A DNA stretch of 64,000 nucleotides. Source: Eledone cirrhosa. Its lineage: Eukaryota. Both the position numbers and the translations under genes were made by a program. The stretch's first letter is position 1, and each line of letters begins with the position of its first letter. Shown here piece by piece: positions 62,343 to 64,000 of the stretch. The stretch spans positions 36,084,001 to 36,148,000 of the forward strand of contig OZ024746.1 of assembly GCA_964016885.1 (NCBI GenBank), given 5' to 3'. The notes below the pieces were generated by a model that was not told where the DNA came from, searched no databases, and saw nothing but the letters and a program-made list of their open reading frames with translations.

Positions 62343-63432
62343 AAATTAAGATAAATGAAATGAATTTAATCCAAATCAAAATTATGGGTGTCATGCCAGA
62401 AAGACATGCGCCATATCACCGGTAAAATACGCTCTAAGATTCTAACGAGTAGGTCCAAGCATTTTATAATAACTAGAAATTGATTAACATATAAATAAAC
62501 ATGAATAATCACAGGAAATAATTTTTACAAGTGTGTAACCACACATAGCTAGGTAGGTAACTAAATAAAGTTGACCATAACTTCAAAAGTAGATACCTTA
62601 TAATATGATTAATCTTCCCTGTATATATTCCATTAAAGAAATATATTTCACCAATTAATCGGATAGTAAACCACGGAAGTGGGGACTTGGATTTTCAACA
62701 AGGAAGAAGTTCGAGGGAAGATTAATCATATTATAAGGTATCTATTTTTGAAGTTCTGGTCAACTTTATTTAGTAACCTACCTAGCTATGTGTGGTTACG
62801 CACTTGTAAAAATTATCTCCTGTGATTATTCATGTTTATTTATATGTTAATCAATTTCTAGTTATTATAAAATGCTCGGACCTACTCGTTAGAATCTTAG
62901 AGCTTATTTTCCCGGTGATATGGCGCATGTCTTTCTGGCATGACACCCATCATTTTGATTTGGATTATATTCATTTAATTTATCTTAATTTGGGATATAG
63001 ATATATAAATACGGTTCCTTAATTGTAGAGCTAACTCTGTTGAAAGGACTCGACTGCTGTTTCTAGTTGTCGATAACCCTATTCACGCCACTGGGACGAA
63101 GCTACTATTGTGTGTGTATTTCTAGTAAATACAACACGTGGTGATGGCCAGCCGCAGATTTGAACTTGAAGTGTAAACACGGATTGCTGGAACTCTTCCT
63201 TGTTGAAATGCAAGTCCCCACTTCCGTGGTTTACCATCCGATTAATTGGTGAAATATATTTCTTTAATGGAATATATACATGGAAGATTAATCATGTTAT
63301 AATGTATCTATTTTTGAAGTTCTGGTTAACTTTATTTAGTTACCTACCTAGCTATGTGTGGTTACACACTTGTAAAAATTATCTCCTGTGATTATTCATG
63401 TTTATTTATATGTTAATCCATTTCTAATTATT
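62341..63432. repeat. Three partial copies of one AT-rich unit: one inverted (62341-62712) and two direct (62714-62992; about 63000-63432)
   Basis: 62341-62620 is the reverse complement of 62714-62992; 62465-62712 is the reverse complement of 63190-63432; (TA)n flanks. Confidence 0.9.
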
Positions 63433-63820
63433 ATATATATATATATATATATTTACAGCTCTGGTTTATCAGGACCATTGAGCACTTTGCCGCACATTTC
63501 GAAGATTGTGTTTCGTTTTTTCGTAGGCCGAAGTTCCGATTGTCGATAATTTATTTGTATATGTGTGTATATATATATACAGTGAAAAAGAGAGAGAGAG
63601 ATAGAGAGACAGAGGGGGGAGAGGGGAAGAGAGAGGAGGGAGAGAGATATTATAATAAATAATAAAGTTCATACATTTAAAACGTTAAGTGTAGGAAAAA
63701 TGATATAAACTAAATAAGTACTCATGTACTTGATTGGGAATATTTTCCTTGACTTTTATCTACGGACATCCTGGATACACACAGACATAGATACACAGAT
63801 GCACACAAACACGCAGCCCC

Positions 63821-63992
<172 letters not shown>

Positions 63993-64000
63993 GTTGAGTT

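Overview
AT-rich, repeat-saturated eukaryotic DNA, not prokaryotic: no operons, CRISPR arrays, rRNA or bona fide tRNA genes were seen. The SINE family, long (TA)n/(CA)n tracts and LINE content suggest an invertebrate, most likely a cephalopod such as Octopus (inference). More than half of the window is retroelement-derived: (i) three L1/Tx1-type LINEs plus one old decayed copy, one with an ORF2 open for 734 codons to the window edge; (ii) four R4/Dong-type RLE LINEs; (iii) several Penelope-like element (PLE) families, including a Naiad-like one, with hammerhead (HHR) motifs and foldback terminal repeats; (iv) nine tRNA-derived Nin-domain-type SINE copies; (v) two RTE-related non-autonomous copies. 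The only host-gene signal is a probable promoter and first exon on the minus strand at about 7.9-8.1 kb. Most interesting observations: a U_UUU_UUA heptamer in exactly the register for a -1 frameshift joining an upstream ORF to the RT/GIY-YIG ORF of a PLE; a PLE hammerhead family with the compensatory U3:A8 core in three copies; a strand-sorted pile-up of Dong (minus) and Tx1 (plus) LINEs on (ATT)n tracts; a 5' splice-site consensus at the ORF1 end of all three Tx1 copies; and a dense paired ACUAAC array in a PLE 3' region. All family assignments come from motif recognition by eye, not from database searches.
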